Shown piece after piece: positions 33,579-46,620 of a stretch of DNA of 64,000 nt (position 1 is the stretch's first letter; every line of letters begins with the position of its first letter). Source of the stretch: Vicugna vicugna (taxonomy: Eukaryota); contig MU057632.1 in the NCBI GenBank assembly GCA_013265495.1, forward strand, positions 46,054-110,053, given 5' to 3'. A model generated the notes under the pieces. It was given only the letters and a program-made list of their open reading frames with translations, was not told where the DNA came from and did not search any database. The position numbers and the translations under genes were made by a program.

Positions 33579-35397
33579 CATGAATTGTTATTTTAAAGTC
33601 TGGGCTGTCTCTGGCTGTGGGCTTGGCATTGGTATGATGTAAAGGAAAGTGGGGAACAGGGATGGGGATGGAGACTAAACTCCCTTTTTCCTTGGAACTT
33701 ACAGTGAAGTTTGAGCAGTCTTTCCTGGTGGATGGGCAAAGCATAGGCCTGGGTGCTGTCTGAGGGGTCTGAGCCAATTGTATGTGGGAACAGAGGAGGG
33801 ACAGAGGTGAAGGATGCTGAGGGCTGGGCGGGCATGAGAGAGGGGCTGCTTCTCCCTGTTGCAGGGAGGAGTAACAGATGAAAGCTATGACAGTGTGAGT
33901 GAGCCTGATGATCACAGTCTTCTTGAATGAGAGGCCTGGAAAGTTAGGGGTTGGAAGTTGCTGAAAGCTGAGTGAAAGGCCCAGAGAGGCACTTTCACTG
34001 CCTCAGCATTCTTGAGTACCTGCTGCCTGCAGGGCACATTGTGAGAAGCTTGAGATGTGTCATCAGTGAGATGCTCCTGCCCTTGAGATGTCTGTCTGGC
34101 ATCCGAGGTGATGCCCAAATGAAGTTGCTGAGAGGCACTACTCAGAAGGGAAGTCTGGGCTGGAGATACATGATGGGGTGGGGCATGCTGCCTAGGCGGT
34201 CATCAGTGAAGCCACCTTGGGGAGAGCACGGAGGGTGAGGGAAAGGGAAGAGGCTGAGGACGGAATCTGGGAGGATGCACAAAGAGTTTGAAAAAGTGAA
34301 TGAAGATGATCTGGAGAGGGCAGTGTTCAGGGTCAACTCCAGAAAAGCCAAAAGGGATGCTGACTGAAGGTGCCCATTGAATCAGCCTCCAGAGCTCATG
34401 GATGACGGAACGGAGATGGTTTCTGTGGGGTTAGGTGGGCGTGGCTCTGACTGTCTTGCTGGTCAGGATGGATGCTGGGGAAAGTGGATGGATACTTGGT
34501 TCTAAAGGGAAGGTGGGAGGTAGAGTAAAAGAGGAAGGTACATTCTCGAGAGGTGCTGGTAATGTGGGAGAGGCTTACTTCTGTTTCTGAGAAGAAAGAG
34601 TAAGAGTGAGATGCTACAGTTAGGGGGGAGAGTGGCAGCAGGGGACAGCCAGGGGCGTGGGGGTCCAGAGCAGAATAATTAGCCTCCCCTAAGGCAAGAG
34701 CTCCCACTGTGGAGTGACAGGTATCCCCGCCACCAAGTGCAGCCACAGGCCTCTGGTAAGAGGAGTGGTGTTGCATCACCACCCAGAGGGCTCAGGTGAG
34801 GAGATTCAGAGATGCTCAGAAGCATGGACCCGGGGCGTGGGTGGTGTGATGTCTTCACGGCTCTCCCAAGGGTGAGTGGCATCCTGAGCCACAGCAGGAG
34901 GAAGGAGTGAGCCCTTTGGGGTCATGGGGTGGTCAGGCGATGGCATCTAGGAAGGTAGTCACACCAGTGTAGGCAAACCAAAGGGGAAGGAAGAAGCAAG
35001 TAGTGGAAAGAGATGAGCATCACTGAAGAGAAGAAAAAGAGCAAACAGGTAGAAACGTTGAGAATGTAGATGACAGTGAAAGTAGGTGAGGTTTATCCCA
35101 GAGCACATGGCATTTCAACTGGTCAACAAAATCAGGAGAAGAATGAAGCCAGCCATGGGAATGGACAGAGAAATAGATCACACCGGTGTCCCTTTGGATT
35201 TTCTATTTATTTATTTGAACAGGAAAATTGCCGTTCACTAGTTTTGTGGTGCTGTGATTTCCAGGCAGGGCGTATATCTATAGTTTGCACATAGTGTATC
35301 TGATAAATTCCTGCTTTGAAATGTAGTAAAAACCTCGCTAATTTGGAGTTAGGCAAGTCAGAGTGTGAAGTCTTACTGTTACTCATTAAAATGTAAA

Positions 35398-35566
35398 CTT
35401 TTGGGGGAGGGCAGAGTAATTAGATTTATTTTTTATTTTATTTATTTTTTGAGCTGAGGAAGTAAATAGGTTTCTTTCTTTATTTTTAGTGGCGGTCCTG
35501 GGGATCAAACCCAGGACTCGCTGCATGCTAAGCACAGGCTCTACCACTGAGTTGTTATCCACTCCT
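35398..35566 (-). mobile_element. Vic-1-like SINE with a duplicated tail segment
   Basis: Reverse-complement match to the consensus. Confidence 0.78.
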
Positions 35567-36489
35567 TAAACATTTTTAAAGAAACAATTTTCACTACTAG
35601 ATTCTTGAAGCGGTTGAAATCAGGCTCATAAAAGTGGCTGTTTCAAGGCCTGAGAACCTACTTTTATCAATGATTGGGGTAGAGTAATGCGTGTTTTGCT
35701 TTCAAATGATGCGGGGTGAGAGGTACTGTTAAAGGGGTTCCAAAAGTGTTTGGCAGCTGTTTACACTTTTAAGTTGCTCAGGAAGCATGTTCCACATGGA
35801 TTATTTCCACGAGTCCCTAGAAAGTGTTAGTATAGGCACGTCCTTGTCTGATCTCCGTAGACCATGGTGAGAAGGTGCCCTACGTTACACCCCCCCATCC
35901 TCCCGTTCCTGTTTAAAACATCTCTCTTAGGGCTTTTTGGCTTTATGTTCCAGAGTTCTAACAGTCTGAGCCTCCTTTAAAATAATTCCACTAGAATTAG
36001 TCATGGACACTTGGTGCAGAAATGCTAGTGGACTAGGAGTGAGATTTTTTTACAGCAAAAGGGAACCATCTCTTTTGGAGCAGAAGCCCTTCCCTGGAGA
36101 TAGAGTTGGGTAGATGCTAAAAACGGTCATTCTGAGTAGCCGGGGGCTGCAGCATTTGGGAAAGTGCCTTTCTTATCATACGTTTAGCAAACCCTTTAAC
36201 TATTGTTAACACCAGGCTCACCTGAGCTGGCATCTGAGTTTTGCGATACCAAACAAAAATATGTAAGTATATCAAAATAAATCTCTAGTATAATATCAAA
36301 TTAATTTTTCTTATAATACCCTAAAAACACTTGCAAATTTCTCCCCTTTCCAAATTACCGATGATTTTTTCAGCAACAGTGCAAAAGGATAATTTTGAAT
36401 TTCAACCCCAAATCTATATGAGATCAGTTTGGTTGACTGGAACCAGTCAGTTCAGAACCAATCAGTACCAGACAAAAGCAGCCAACACC

Positions 36490-39400
36490 AGCTGTTAATA
36501 GACATCTCTTTAATGTTTTACTTTAAAACAAATAATCCCAGTAAAAGAGAGCAAAGGAAATTAATTTGAACGGTAGCTTGAAATGGATACGATATTCCTG
36601 ATTTTTCTTTTTTCAGGAGACAGACAGTTGAATTGTCATAGATGACTTCTAGAACTGCTCATTTAAATGCACATAATTATATTAAATTAAGTTTCTCTTA
36701 CAAAAGCACAACCATGTCATTTTAAGGCAAAAAAAAATATCAGCTTCTGGGGTGGTAAGTTAATATTTCTGATTTTTCTCAATCTGAAGTGACCCATTAA
36801 TTTAGTTGCTCAGTTTTCATCATTCCTTATGTTTTGCTTTGCAAATGGGCATGCAAGTTAGTCGCTTTGTGTGCCTGATTTCCTCCTCTCTGTGACACTT
36901 GTTTTACCTTCAAATCAAGAACTTTCAGAATCACTGAGTCAGTGGGAGGGGAGAAAGGCACCTTAGAACAGGAGATAAAGACTTAAAAACTCAAGAAAGT
37001 GTCTTATTTTTAACAAAACTTGCAATATACAGATATTAACTTAGTTGAACAAAATGCAAACATTTAGATCAGACACAGCAACATTTTTCAGTGAACCTCA
37101 AAGAAGGGACGTTTGCAACAAAGTGTTAGCTCAGTCAACCCTATGTATTGAAGAAGGCAGACAACCTTGAACTGAGAAAGCGGATGGCTTCTCACTGCTC
37201 GGCTAGATTGTGCTTCAAGACACCACCTGGGGTTGACCAAAGGGACTTTGCTAAGTGTAAATGGGAGACCCCTCAACCCCATAGAGAGTAACACAGCAGA
37301 CAGAACCCAATGGTTTTCACACAATACAGCTAGCTTTTAGCATCCAAGAATTTTTGTGCCAGCACAAAATAGACACAAAATGGTCATGGCTTCAACATAG
37401 GAAATGCTTTTCACGACATGGTTTACCATGTTTGACTGTGATTAAGACTTCAGTGATGGGTTGACGTTTTGTTTCTGCATCTTCCGTCTTCAGCAGTGTT
37501 GGATGAACTCCACTGTGTTTAAAGAGGCCTAAGGAGGGATCCCCAGTACATTCAGAGCTCCTGCTGCCAGTGGGGTTTGACCCAGGACAGGGTGTGTCCA
37601 AGAATTAGTGCACCTGAAAGTTGCTACCTCCTTTCTCTTCCTCTACCAGTATTTGGAGACGGCCTGCTGAGTGCATAGCGGGGGTCTGGCTTTAGGTCAG
37701 TGGAGGGGGTGTGTATGTGTGTGTGTGCGTGCACACACATGCATGTTGTGTTCCTGTGTACAACCTCCTTGGGGGGATGGATCACAACTTCAAGCTGAGT
37801 GGAGATACGGGTAGAAGAAAAATTGCGTTTAACAATTTTACTAAAATTCTGTTTCAAAAATGAAAATAATTGCCTTTAAAGCTTGATAAAATCCTTCTCA
37901 CTGGAGTGTAAGATTTAGACTCTTCTGTGTGTTTCCAACAGCCAAAAAGACTGAATGATACACTCCAGGAGCGTGTACTCTAGAGAATCCAGGTGGGGGG
38001 AGAAGAAGCTGCTTTCAAAATTTCAGTGATTATCAAAGGGACAAGAATATTAAAAGGTTGAGAAGCACGTTTTCGGTGGAGAGGAGAAGTGGTTTACTTG
38101 GGGATGGAGGTGGTGAAGGCCTGGTAAAGTCCAGAAGCAAAATAGTGGCAGGGAATCCAGAAGCCATTAATGGAGAAGTAGGGGGCAGGTCTGGGATGGA
38201 GACAGCCAGTGGGGAGAGAGTGTGGGAAGGATGTGGTGGCTTTCAGGGCCAGTTGATAACCCAGCTCATTCCTCCTGGCTACTGGGAGAATTTTTCTGGA
38301 GGCAAGGAAAAAATTCTTCCTTCCTAAGTCCTTCCGTGGCTGGATTTTAACTGCAGTGCTATCTGGCTCCTCTGGGCCTTCTCAACGTCTGCCTGGCCTG
38401 AAGTTCTGATGGTCTGAGATAGCAAGACTGGTTTCTAAGCAGTCAGCTTTTTTGCTTTCTGGTAAATGCATTTTTGACTTTGCTTCCCTGGGTCTTTTCT
38501 GCCACCATGCTATATTATTAAGTGTTTGGATTTGCAGACCCTACCAGTGTTACCTGGCTTTTAACTGTAAATGTTTGCACTGGGAAACTGAACTAATAAT
38601 TTCAGATTTGGTGGGGGGGTGGGGTGGGCAACATTCTTGGAGAGAATAGAAAATGCACACCACTGTATAAAAAAGTAAAGGAGGTTTAGTTTTAGCCTTT
38701 CATTTGCAAAATGTACTACATGATAGCAAAAGACATTCAGGGCATATTAAAAAATAAATACCTTGCAAAATTCTCTGCGTATATATAAGAATAAGGGGTG
38801 TTTAGGTAGTTGAACTCCCTAGCAATATTTGTTTTCTAAAAAAATCAAGTTCTTTCCTTTTGGTTTGTTTCTCTTCCTCTCACTGCCTTTGGAGGGGGAA
38901 GTCTTCTCTTGAACTTGACTTAACTTCTCGGTGTTGTGTCTGGATTCTTTTCAGGCCTTTCCAATCTCAGTTTTACTCACAGGTCTCATTCCCCAGGATC
39001 CTGCTTGTCCATCAGCTCTGGGGGAATAGCTTCTCACACCTCCCTTGATGTGGGCAGCTTTGGCAGGCCTGGTGAGGGGTTGCGGGGTTGGGGGGGGCAA
39101 CTGCAGGGAGATCAGCTCAGTCCCGCCGGCTCAGGATTTCACTGGCTTGGGTCAAAGTTGACCACTTATAAAGTTGATTCAGCCATCAGGGAATCCGTTC
39201 CCTGTGAAGTCAAGTGTGTCCAACAGTCAGTCTATTTGCCCCACTGGCCCTGAATTTCATCATTTGCACATTTTCTAACTGAAGAACATTCTCATCCTAA
39301 AGAATATGAAAATGATGTGCAAAATTGCTCGCCACAGCGTTAAATCACCAAAAGCACACAAATTGACATTCAAATCACATTAACAATGAAAGGACTGAAT

Positions 39401-39925
39401 AGGAACGGGTTGGCAAATGCATCTCAGAATAAGCAGCTGTGTCTATCCTTCCCCAATCTTGCTTTACTGGCTACCTTGTTAGCAGCTGTTGATGACAGTC
39501 ATTGTGTTTAAATGTCCATGATGGCCTTGTTTTGAAAATGTATTTTGTATTTAATCACAAAGCAGAAATGCCTGAAATCTGAAGGCGTTGACTCATATAA
39601 TTTCAAAATAGAGAGTCAAATCTTCAAAATGACTGAATCTTGGCATTTTCACACACCCCCCCTAGCATCAGCAGTGTTTGGTTTCTTAGGATTTTTGACT
39701 TGAGGTACGTTACTGAACAGGCGGGCTAATGTTGATGGACCTTGGAATTTCAGCCACCCCGAGACATGCATTTTCATGCAATTGAAAGATAACGGGGCTT
39801 CTAAACTGCCTTTCACGGTCTTCCTGATTCTTGTGAATTCAACTTTGTAGAAGGGCTTTCCAGGTAGTTCATGCAAGATAAGTATGGCTAAAGGAACCCC
39901 TACGCCAGGAAAGATACCGGAGAAC
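36490..39925 (-). other. KCNQ5: KCNQ5 3' UTR (approximate), with candidate ATTAAA poly(A) signal at 36509-36514
   Basis: Repeat-poor sequence continuing from the stop codon. tttaat at 36509-36514 gives a ~3.4 kb UTR. The 3' end is inferred. Confidence 0.6.
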
Positions 39926-40873
39926 TTATTTCAGTTTGACGTGGGGCAAGCTGAGGGCATCTGTACTTTCTCCCGCTTTACACACGCTCTGAGATGATCG
40001 GGATCTTCCAGTCCTTAGAGAGTCTGGGTCCCGGGAGGGCTGCGGCCCTGCATCAAAAGCGTCTGTCTCCGTCTCCTCTGGACCCACCTCCTCATCAGTT
40101 ATAAATAATCTGGATTCCCTCCATTTGGGGTAAAAATCTTGGCTGCTTCTGGAGCCACTAGACTCACTCCCCGAAAGCTGGATGTTCAGTTCCTCCGTGG
40201 ATCGGATCAGGTTTTGTACAGACAGAGACTTGCCCAGGTCCCTGGGGACCACGGGGTGGACAGATAGCAGGGTCTCCCCACCCATGTCAAAGCTCTTGGG
40301 CAGAGAGCAGTCCTTGCTCAGGTTCAACTGCGCAGCAGCCGGAGCGCTGTCCTTGGAGGCGGCGAGGCAGGTGGCCACGTTGGAGATGCTGTCCTGCAGG
40401 CCCGCAGGGTGTGGGGACAGGGTCTCTGGCCGGGGTAGAGGCTGGAGGGCAGGGAGGGGTGGTGGGATCTGCAGTGTGGTGGGGGCGGCCAGCTTGGGCG
40501 CCGTGGGGACTTGGTTTTGGGTGGCTGCCCCCACTGCAGGGCCGTCCCCTTGGCTCCCTGGCACCTGTGTCGCCGGGCTGTGTGGAGCGGGGCTCAGTGC
40601 GTAGAAAGTCTGGGTGCTGAGCTCGTTTGGCGTCAGAATGAACTGCAGGCCTCGAGGGATGTTGGCGCTGGCTGACCTGGACAAGGAGCCGCTGTGCTGT
40701 GCAGAGCTGGACAGGTCTTTGCTGTCCGCTGGGCTCTGATAGTCAGAGGTCTGTTCACATTCAAAAGGTGGGATCTGGAAGGAGGCCAGAGTGAGGGCAG
40801 AGGCCGAGCCCTTCCGGAGGACCTGTTGATAGATGTCAAGCAGACAGTCCAGCTTGGACTCGATGGACTGTAC
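39926..40873 (-). CDS. KCNQ5: Voltage-gated potassium channel Kv7.5, last coding exon
   Basis: Acceptor ctcactttcag; 948 nt open frame [23 protein letters not shown]...[22 protein letters not shown]...[10 protein letters not shown]. Confidence 0.98.
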   Translation of the reverse strand, partial: VQSIESKLDCLLDIYQQVLRKGSASALTLASFQIPPFECEQTSDYQSPADSKDLSSSAQHSGSLSRSASANIPRGLQFILTPNELSTQTFYALSPAPHSPATQVPGSQGDGPAVGAATQNQVPTAPKLAAPTTLQIPPPLPALQPLPRPETLSPHPAGLQDSISNVATCLAASKDSAPAAAQLNLSKDCSLPKSFDMGGETLLSVHPVVPRDLGKSLSVQNLIRSTEELNIQLSGSESSGSRSSQDFYPKWRESRLFITDEEVGPEETETDAFDAGPQPSRDPDSLRTGRSRSSQSVCKAGESTDALSLPHVKLK

Positions 40874-40920
40874 CTGAAAGTGAGGAAAAGGTACAACCTG
40901 TTACTAAGAATGGGCTTCAT

Positions 40921-41075
40921 GGGGACGGTGCAGGTCAGTGGTAGAGGGTGTGCTTATCAAGCACAAGGTCCTGGGTTCAATCCCCAGTACTTCTATTAAA
41001 AATCAACCAATCAATCCATCAAATTACCTCACTTCCCCCCAAAAGCCCCCCAAAACAAAAAGCTAAAAAACAAAA
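40921..41075 (+). mobile_element. tRNA-Ala-derived SINE (Vic-1-like)
   Basis: tcagtggtagagggtgtgcttatcaagcacaaggtcctgggttcaatccccagtac. Confidence 0.82.
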
Positions 41076-41615
41076 GAAAGATAAATACTCTATGATCTCA
41101 CTTACATGGAATCTAAAACAAAAACAAAAAACCCCAAAAAGTGTCCAACAAAGAAAGATAAATACTTTATGATCTCACTTGTGTGGAATCAAAAACAAAA
41201 CACAAAAACACACCTCCAAAATAGAAAAAAGATCAGATACGTGGTTGCCAGAGGCAGGGAGTGGGGGGGAGGGGACTGGAGGAAAGTGGTCAAAGGTACA
41301 AAGTTCCAGCTGTAAGATAAATAAGTCCTGGGGAGGTGATGCCTGACCCGATGACTACCGTTAACGCTGCAGTAAGATGTGTAGGAAAGGTGTTAAGAGA
41401 ATAGATCCTAAGAGTTCTCACCCCAAAGAAAATAATTCTTTTCTTCTTTTTCTTTTTCTTGTATCTGAATGAGACAATGGATGCTAACTAACAATAAGCT
41501 TTTATTGCGGCCAACATTTCACAACATATGTAGGTCAAAATGTTATAATGTGTGCCTTAAACTTACACAGTGATACACATCAGTTATAAAAATAATTATC
41601 AACCGGGAAAAAAAT
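41076..41615 (+). mobile_element. Old L1 3' end (L1MA-like) with a tandem duplication at its 5' edge
   Basis: atgatctcactt..tggaatc, gtggttgccagaggcagggag, ggtcaaaggtacaaagttccagctgtaagataaataagtcctgggga. Confidence 0.8.
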
Positions 41616-41652
41616 TCTGGCCAAAACTTTAAGCGGTGTAGTTGAGTCGTAC

Positions 41653-41779
41653 CTGTTTTTCAACCTTGACCACCCGGCCGAGCATGCTGAGGTCATCTGT
41701 GGTCTCGTGTTCTGCTGTTACTTTCTCTCTGCTCTTCTTATCTGCTGTGATTTGCCCTTTTCCAAGAATCTGATCAACA
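41653..41779 (-). CDS. KCNQ5: KCNQ5 penultimate coding exon (127 nt)
   Basis: ag|T GTT GAT CAG...[42 protein letters not shown]|gtacga; phases fit the neighbouring exons. Confidence 0.97.
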
Positions 41780-42791
41780 CTATTGGAGAAAGAGATCGGA
41801 TTATGAGTGTGGAAGGTGGAGTATGCCTTAGGCCAGAATGAAGCGTTTTAAAAAGAAAAAAATGACTATCTTTAATTTACGTAAGAGGAAATAAAAATGA
41901 ACTTCTGGTTCACATACTTATTTCCTTAATAGGAAAATTACATGAGGTTCATTTTCTCAGTATTCGAGTCCATGATGAAATCACTCATGGCTGATCTCCC
42001 AGAGGCAAAACTGTCCTAAACTACCAAGCAGTTTGTCTGTTTCCATCTCTGACCAGGTATCCCTGAATTCAACCACTTAAAATATGACAAAATCATAATT
42101 ATGATTATTTCATGTGAATAGAACAGATCATTCAATGAGCATTTATTATCCATTGATAAGTGGGAAGTATTCAGATAACAAAGCTATAGTCTCTGTCTTG
42201 GGAATTCTAGTTGGACTATATATATATATCACATAAGCAAGAAACTTAAGGTTAGTTCTGCAATTACTGTTGTGGTTGAACTTTATAAAAACATTGAGAG
42301 CCCTAGATAGTTCCATGAAAGGACTTGGAAGACCTTGGCCACCTGGGCAGAGATTGTAACATGACCATAGCTCAGTTAAAACAATTTCCAAGGAGACTTC
42401 ATCAACCTAGATAGAAATTATGTTTTTTGTGTGTGTCTTAGAACTGAATTATAAGGAATATGGACTCAACTTTCCAGTTTAGTTTGCTTAGAAACACAGG
42501 CAGTCCCTGCCTCCTGCCACGACATTTAATCTGTTCAACTGTGAGCTCTACAAGGATGTGGCCATGACTTTGTTCATCTCAGGACGTCTACTGTGCCTGG
42601 AACATGTTACAGGTTCAGTATGTACCTGCTGAACAAATGAACGGATGGGTGAAAAAATTCTGGTTTCTATAACTCATCGACAAGTGTTTTGCTAAGGGCC
42701 CAGTATATGCCTCACACAGGGCTTTGTGTGCTGTGGGCCTATAAACAAATATTTAAGAGTCAGGCCTTGTATTTTAAGAACTGTTCAATCA

Positions 42792-43359
42792 GTGTTCACA
42801 GCAGCACTATTTACAATAGCCAAGACATGGACACAACCTAAATGGCTATCAACAGATGACAGGATAAAGACGTTATGGTATATTTATACATTAGAATACT
42901 ACTCAGCCATAAAAAAGAATAAAATAATGCCATTTGCAGCAAAATGGATGGATCTGGAGATAGTCATTCTAAGCAAAGTGAGTCAGAAAGGGAAAGAAAA
43001 ATATCATATGATATCACTTATAAGTGGAATCTAAATTTAAAAAAAAAAGACACAAATGAATTTATTTACAAAGCAGAAACAGAATCACAGACATAGGAAA
43101 CAAACTTCTGGTTGCCAGGGGGAAAAGGGGATGGGAAAGGATAAATTGGGAGTTTGAGATTTGTAGATACTAACTACTATACATAAAATAGATAAACAAC
43201 AAGTTTCTACTGTATAGCACAGGGAACTATATTCAGTATCTTGTAGTAACTTATCATGAAAAAAATATGAAAAGGAATATATGTACATGTGTGACTGTGC
43301 ATCAGAAATTGACACAATACTGTAAACTGATCCTACTTCAATTAAAAAAATGGAAACAA
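42792..43359 (+). mobile_element. 5'-truncated L1 with 13-bp TSD
   Basis: FTAALFTIAKTWTQPKW...IMPFAAKWMDLEIVILS plus 3' UTR. TSD aactgttcaatca at 42779-42791 and 43360-43372. Confidence 0.92.
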
Positions 43360-43830
43360 AACTGTTCAATCAAATGCTCCTCATTTGTGCCACTCATTTC
43401 TCAGCCTCTTTTTTCTGGTACAAGATACCAAGGTCATAACGCTTTTACACTCTCCATAGACTCTAGATGTTGGAGGGGATCAGAGAAGGGAAAGATCTGT
43501 TTCGTGGGCTGGAGAGTTGGGTAAAATTAATGAAGGAGAGAGATTAGCTTAGTTCTGAAAGATGCTTAGGATTTAGGCAAAAGCGAAAATGACAGCAGCG
43601 GCAGCAACCACTCAAATGACATTAGCAACAACCATGAACATTTCCTGAGCACACAATTAACGTGTGTTAATGCATTCAGTCCTCGTAACAGGCCCATGAG
43701 GCCCTCAGTAACATCCCCACTTTTATAGCTGGAGACACTGAGACACTCTATAGTTAGAGGCTTTTAATGACTGATTTGCACTCTTAAAACTATGTTAAAG
43801 CAAAGTCAGGTTGTCCACTAAAAATGAATT

Positions 43831-44037
43831 AGAAATATGGAATTCAATTTAAAAGAAGAAACAAAAACAAAAAAGGAAAAAAGAAACAGAACAACAAGAA
43901 ACAAAGTGAAAAATAAAAACAGAGAAGAAAGGAAAAAATGAAAAAAAAAGCAAAGAAAAAACAAAAAAAATTTTAAAAGAAAAAATATAAAATATAAAAA
44001 AGAGAAAAAAATTAAAAAAAAGAAATATGGAATTCAA
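43831..44037 (+). repeat. A-rich tract flanked by a perfect 17-bp direct repeat
   Basis: agaaatatggaattcaa at 43831-43847 and 44021-44037 encloses ~173 nt of interrupted poly(A). Confidence 0.9.
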
Positions 44038-44111
44038 GAGTTCACTACACAGCAATTCCTCCCAGACAGTGTCTATACCTGTTCCTTTAGAACAAATGTT
44101 TGCATTGCTTA

Positions 44112-44267
<156 letters not shown>

Positions 44268-44622
44268 TTAATCTTCATAGCTGCACTGAATGAAGTTACT
44301 CAAAAGTCTTCCTAGTGAATACGAGAAAATCTGGGTGAAAAAAGTTACACATCAAATAATTTTAGGCTCCTATAGAAATGCAACAGAAAAGCTTGAGATT
44401 ACAGTGGACAATTTAAAAATATCTCATGTGAAGCACACCAAAGTAGAGAAGAAAAATACTCTAAAAAGGAGACTAATTATTAAGTGCTGCACTTTTTTAA
44501 TGTCCATTGAAACCCTGAATTAAAATCAAACTCAAAATCAGTTTTACCTGTTCCATGGGATCCCCCAAAAGTCCAAGATATAATACCCAGAGAATGCATC
44601 CCTTAAAAAATATAGAAGCTGA

Positions 44623-44748
44623 GGGGGAGGGTAGAGCTCAGTGGTAGAGCACATGCTTAGCATGCATGGGGTCCTGGGTTTAATCTCCAGTACCTCCATT
44701 TAAATAAATAAATAAATAAGCTTAACGACCCCCCCGCCAAAAAAAAAG
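44623..44748 (+). mobile_element. tRNA-Ala-derived SINE (Vic-1-like)
   Basis: gggggagggtagagctcagtggtagagcacatgcttagcatgcatggggtcctgggtttaatc. Confidence 0.88.
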
Positions 44749-45365
44749 TGATGGAAATTCTTAGTTTAAAAAAAGTAGGAAAAAAAAGCTGTTAAAATGG
44801 CCTTTTATGTAACTATATGCATTTTTGAGATGCAGGTGTGTCTGCAAAACTCTTATTCTCTCTAGTGAAGTGTACATTTGTAGAGAAATTTATGAAAATT
44901 CTGTTTCATAAATTATTTCTGCAGAGTACTGCTTGATTAACTAGCCAAGTTCTTTTTGTTTCAAATATAACCCACTCAGCAACTAAACTTGGATGGCTAA
45001 GCTTTTCAGAACCAGAGATTTCTTTTATTACAATGCTTCCCCTAGCATGGGCTCTAGGTTTTAAAACAATGTTTCATCAATGAATTCCAGGATGCCGAAA
45101 ATAACTAGGCTGCCCAAGATAGCCAGTTACTGCAACAATTTGATACAATTCCCGGAGAAAGCAAATAGGCATAGCATTTTAATGCATTTGTGCAGCCTTA
45201 CTGCAGGTAAACTATAAACTTGGTGTTTATTCAATTATTAAATGGCTTTTAGATTCCTATTATCACTCTCATGGGTCCCAGGCTGGGAATCAGTCAACTA
45301 GGTTCCATGAACCGAAATGTATTGTTCCTTAGTGGAAAGTGGTTAAGACTAGAAATAAATGTAAG

Positions 45366-45500
45366 GTGAGGAGGGTATAGCTCAGTGGTAGAGTGCATGC
45401 TTAGCATGCAAGAGGTCCTGGGTTCAATCTCCAGCCCCATCATTAAAATAAATAATAAATATAAATAAGTCTAATTACCTCCTCCACGTCCCCCCAAAAT
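45366..45500 (+). mobile_element. tRNA-Ala-derived SINE (Vic-1-like)
   Basis: gagggtatagctcagtggtagagtgcatgcttagcatgcaagaggtcctgggttcaatc. Confidence 0.88.
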
Positions 45501-45984
45501 AAAGGGATTGTCTCAGTCCCTTTAAAATTTAAAACAAAACAAAACAAACAAAAAACAAATGTAGACTTCAAATGGAAAATTACCTAAGTGATCACTGATT
45601 GCAAGGAATCCAAATTGTTTTATTGGTTATAAAGTCCCAAACTTTATCATGTAATTATATTATTAACTTCAAGTTGCTTGTATTCTGGCTATTCCTGAAT
45701 CATTTGTCTATAATATACTTACTCTCTCTTTCTGTCACATGGCATTTTCATGTCTCATCAGGTAAACATCAAATTCCTTAGCATGTCCTTTAAGGCTGCT
45801 TATGGACCAGCTTCTGTCTACATCTCTCACCTCATCCTCTTCTTCCTTGGAACCTGAGGTTCCAGCAACAATAAGATACTTGCAGAAAAATACCATTCAA
45901 TCAATTATATACTGTAGTTTATTTGCATATGCTATTGTCTCTTCCTGAAATCCTACAAATATCCTTAAGACTCAGTTCTAGTAC

Positions 45985-46165
45985 ACACTACTACATACAA
46001 AATAAACAGCAAGGACCTACTGTAGAGCACAGGGAACTATATTCAATATCTTGTAATAACCTAATAAAGAAAAGAAAATGAAAGAAAATATAACTAAATC
46101 ACTGCACTGTACACCAGAAGCTAATGCAACATTGTAAACTGACCGTACTTCAATTCAAAAAAATT
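45985..46165 (+). mobile_element. L1 3' terminal fragment
   Basis: acagcaaggacctactgtagagcacagggaactatattcaatatcttgtaataacct...acttcaatt. Confidence 0.8.
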
Positions 46166-46531
46166 AATGAATTTTATATCCAGGGGGAAAAAAAAAGAAG
46201 AAAAGAGAAGGCAGAGAGTGGAAAACCTGGGAGACTGAGCTGAGCCTGGCAGTCAGTAACTTCATGCAAACTCCTTGATCCCTCTAGTCTCCCTGGTACA
46301 TTGAAAACGGCTTCTGTCCCCTGCAGTGCAGTGAGCTTGATCTATGTGCCCAGTGTCCATCTACTGGACAGAGGGAGCAGGTCTCCCATCACTGTGCTCT
46401 TGCTGGATGGCCAGCATTGCACTCAGCCCTTGAAACTCTAAGACTTTTCCACCTATGATATTTGTTTGGGTCAAGTGCAGGTTCAGGAGGTAGCGTAACC
46501 TGTCCAAGGTCATGCCTGCTGGTAAGAGGCA

Positions 46532-46620
46532 TTTTTTTTTTTTAATGGAGGCATTGGGGATTGAACGAGGACCTTGTGCACGCGAGGCATGCACTCTACC
46601 ACTGAGCTATATCCTCCCCA
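46532..46620 (-). mobile_element. Vic-1-like SINE, short form
   Basis: tttaatggaggcattggggattgaacg...ctctaccactgagctatatcctcccc. Confidence 0.85.
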
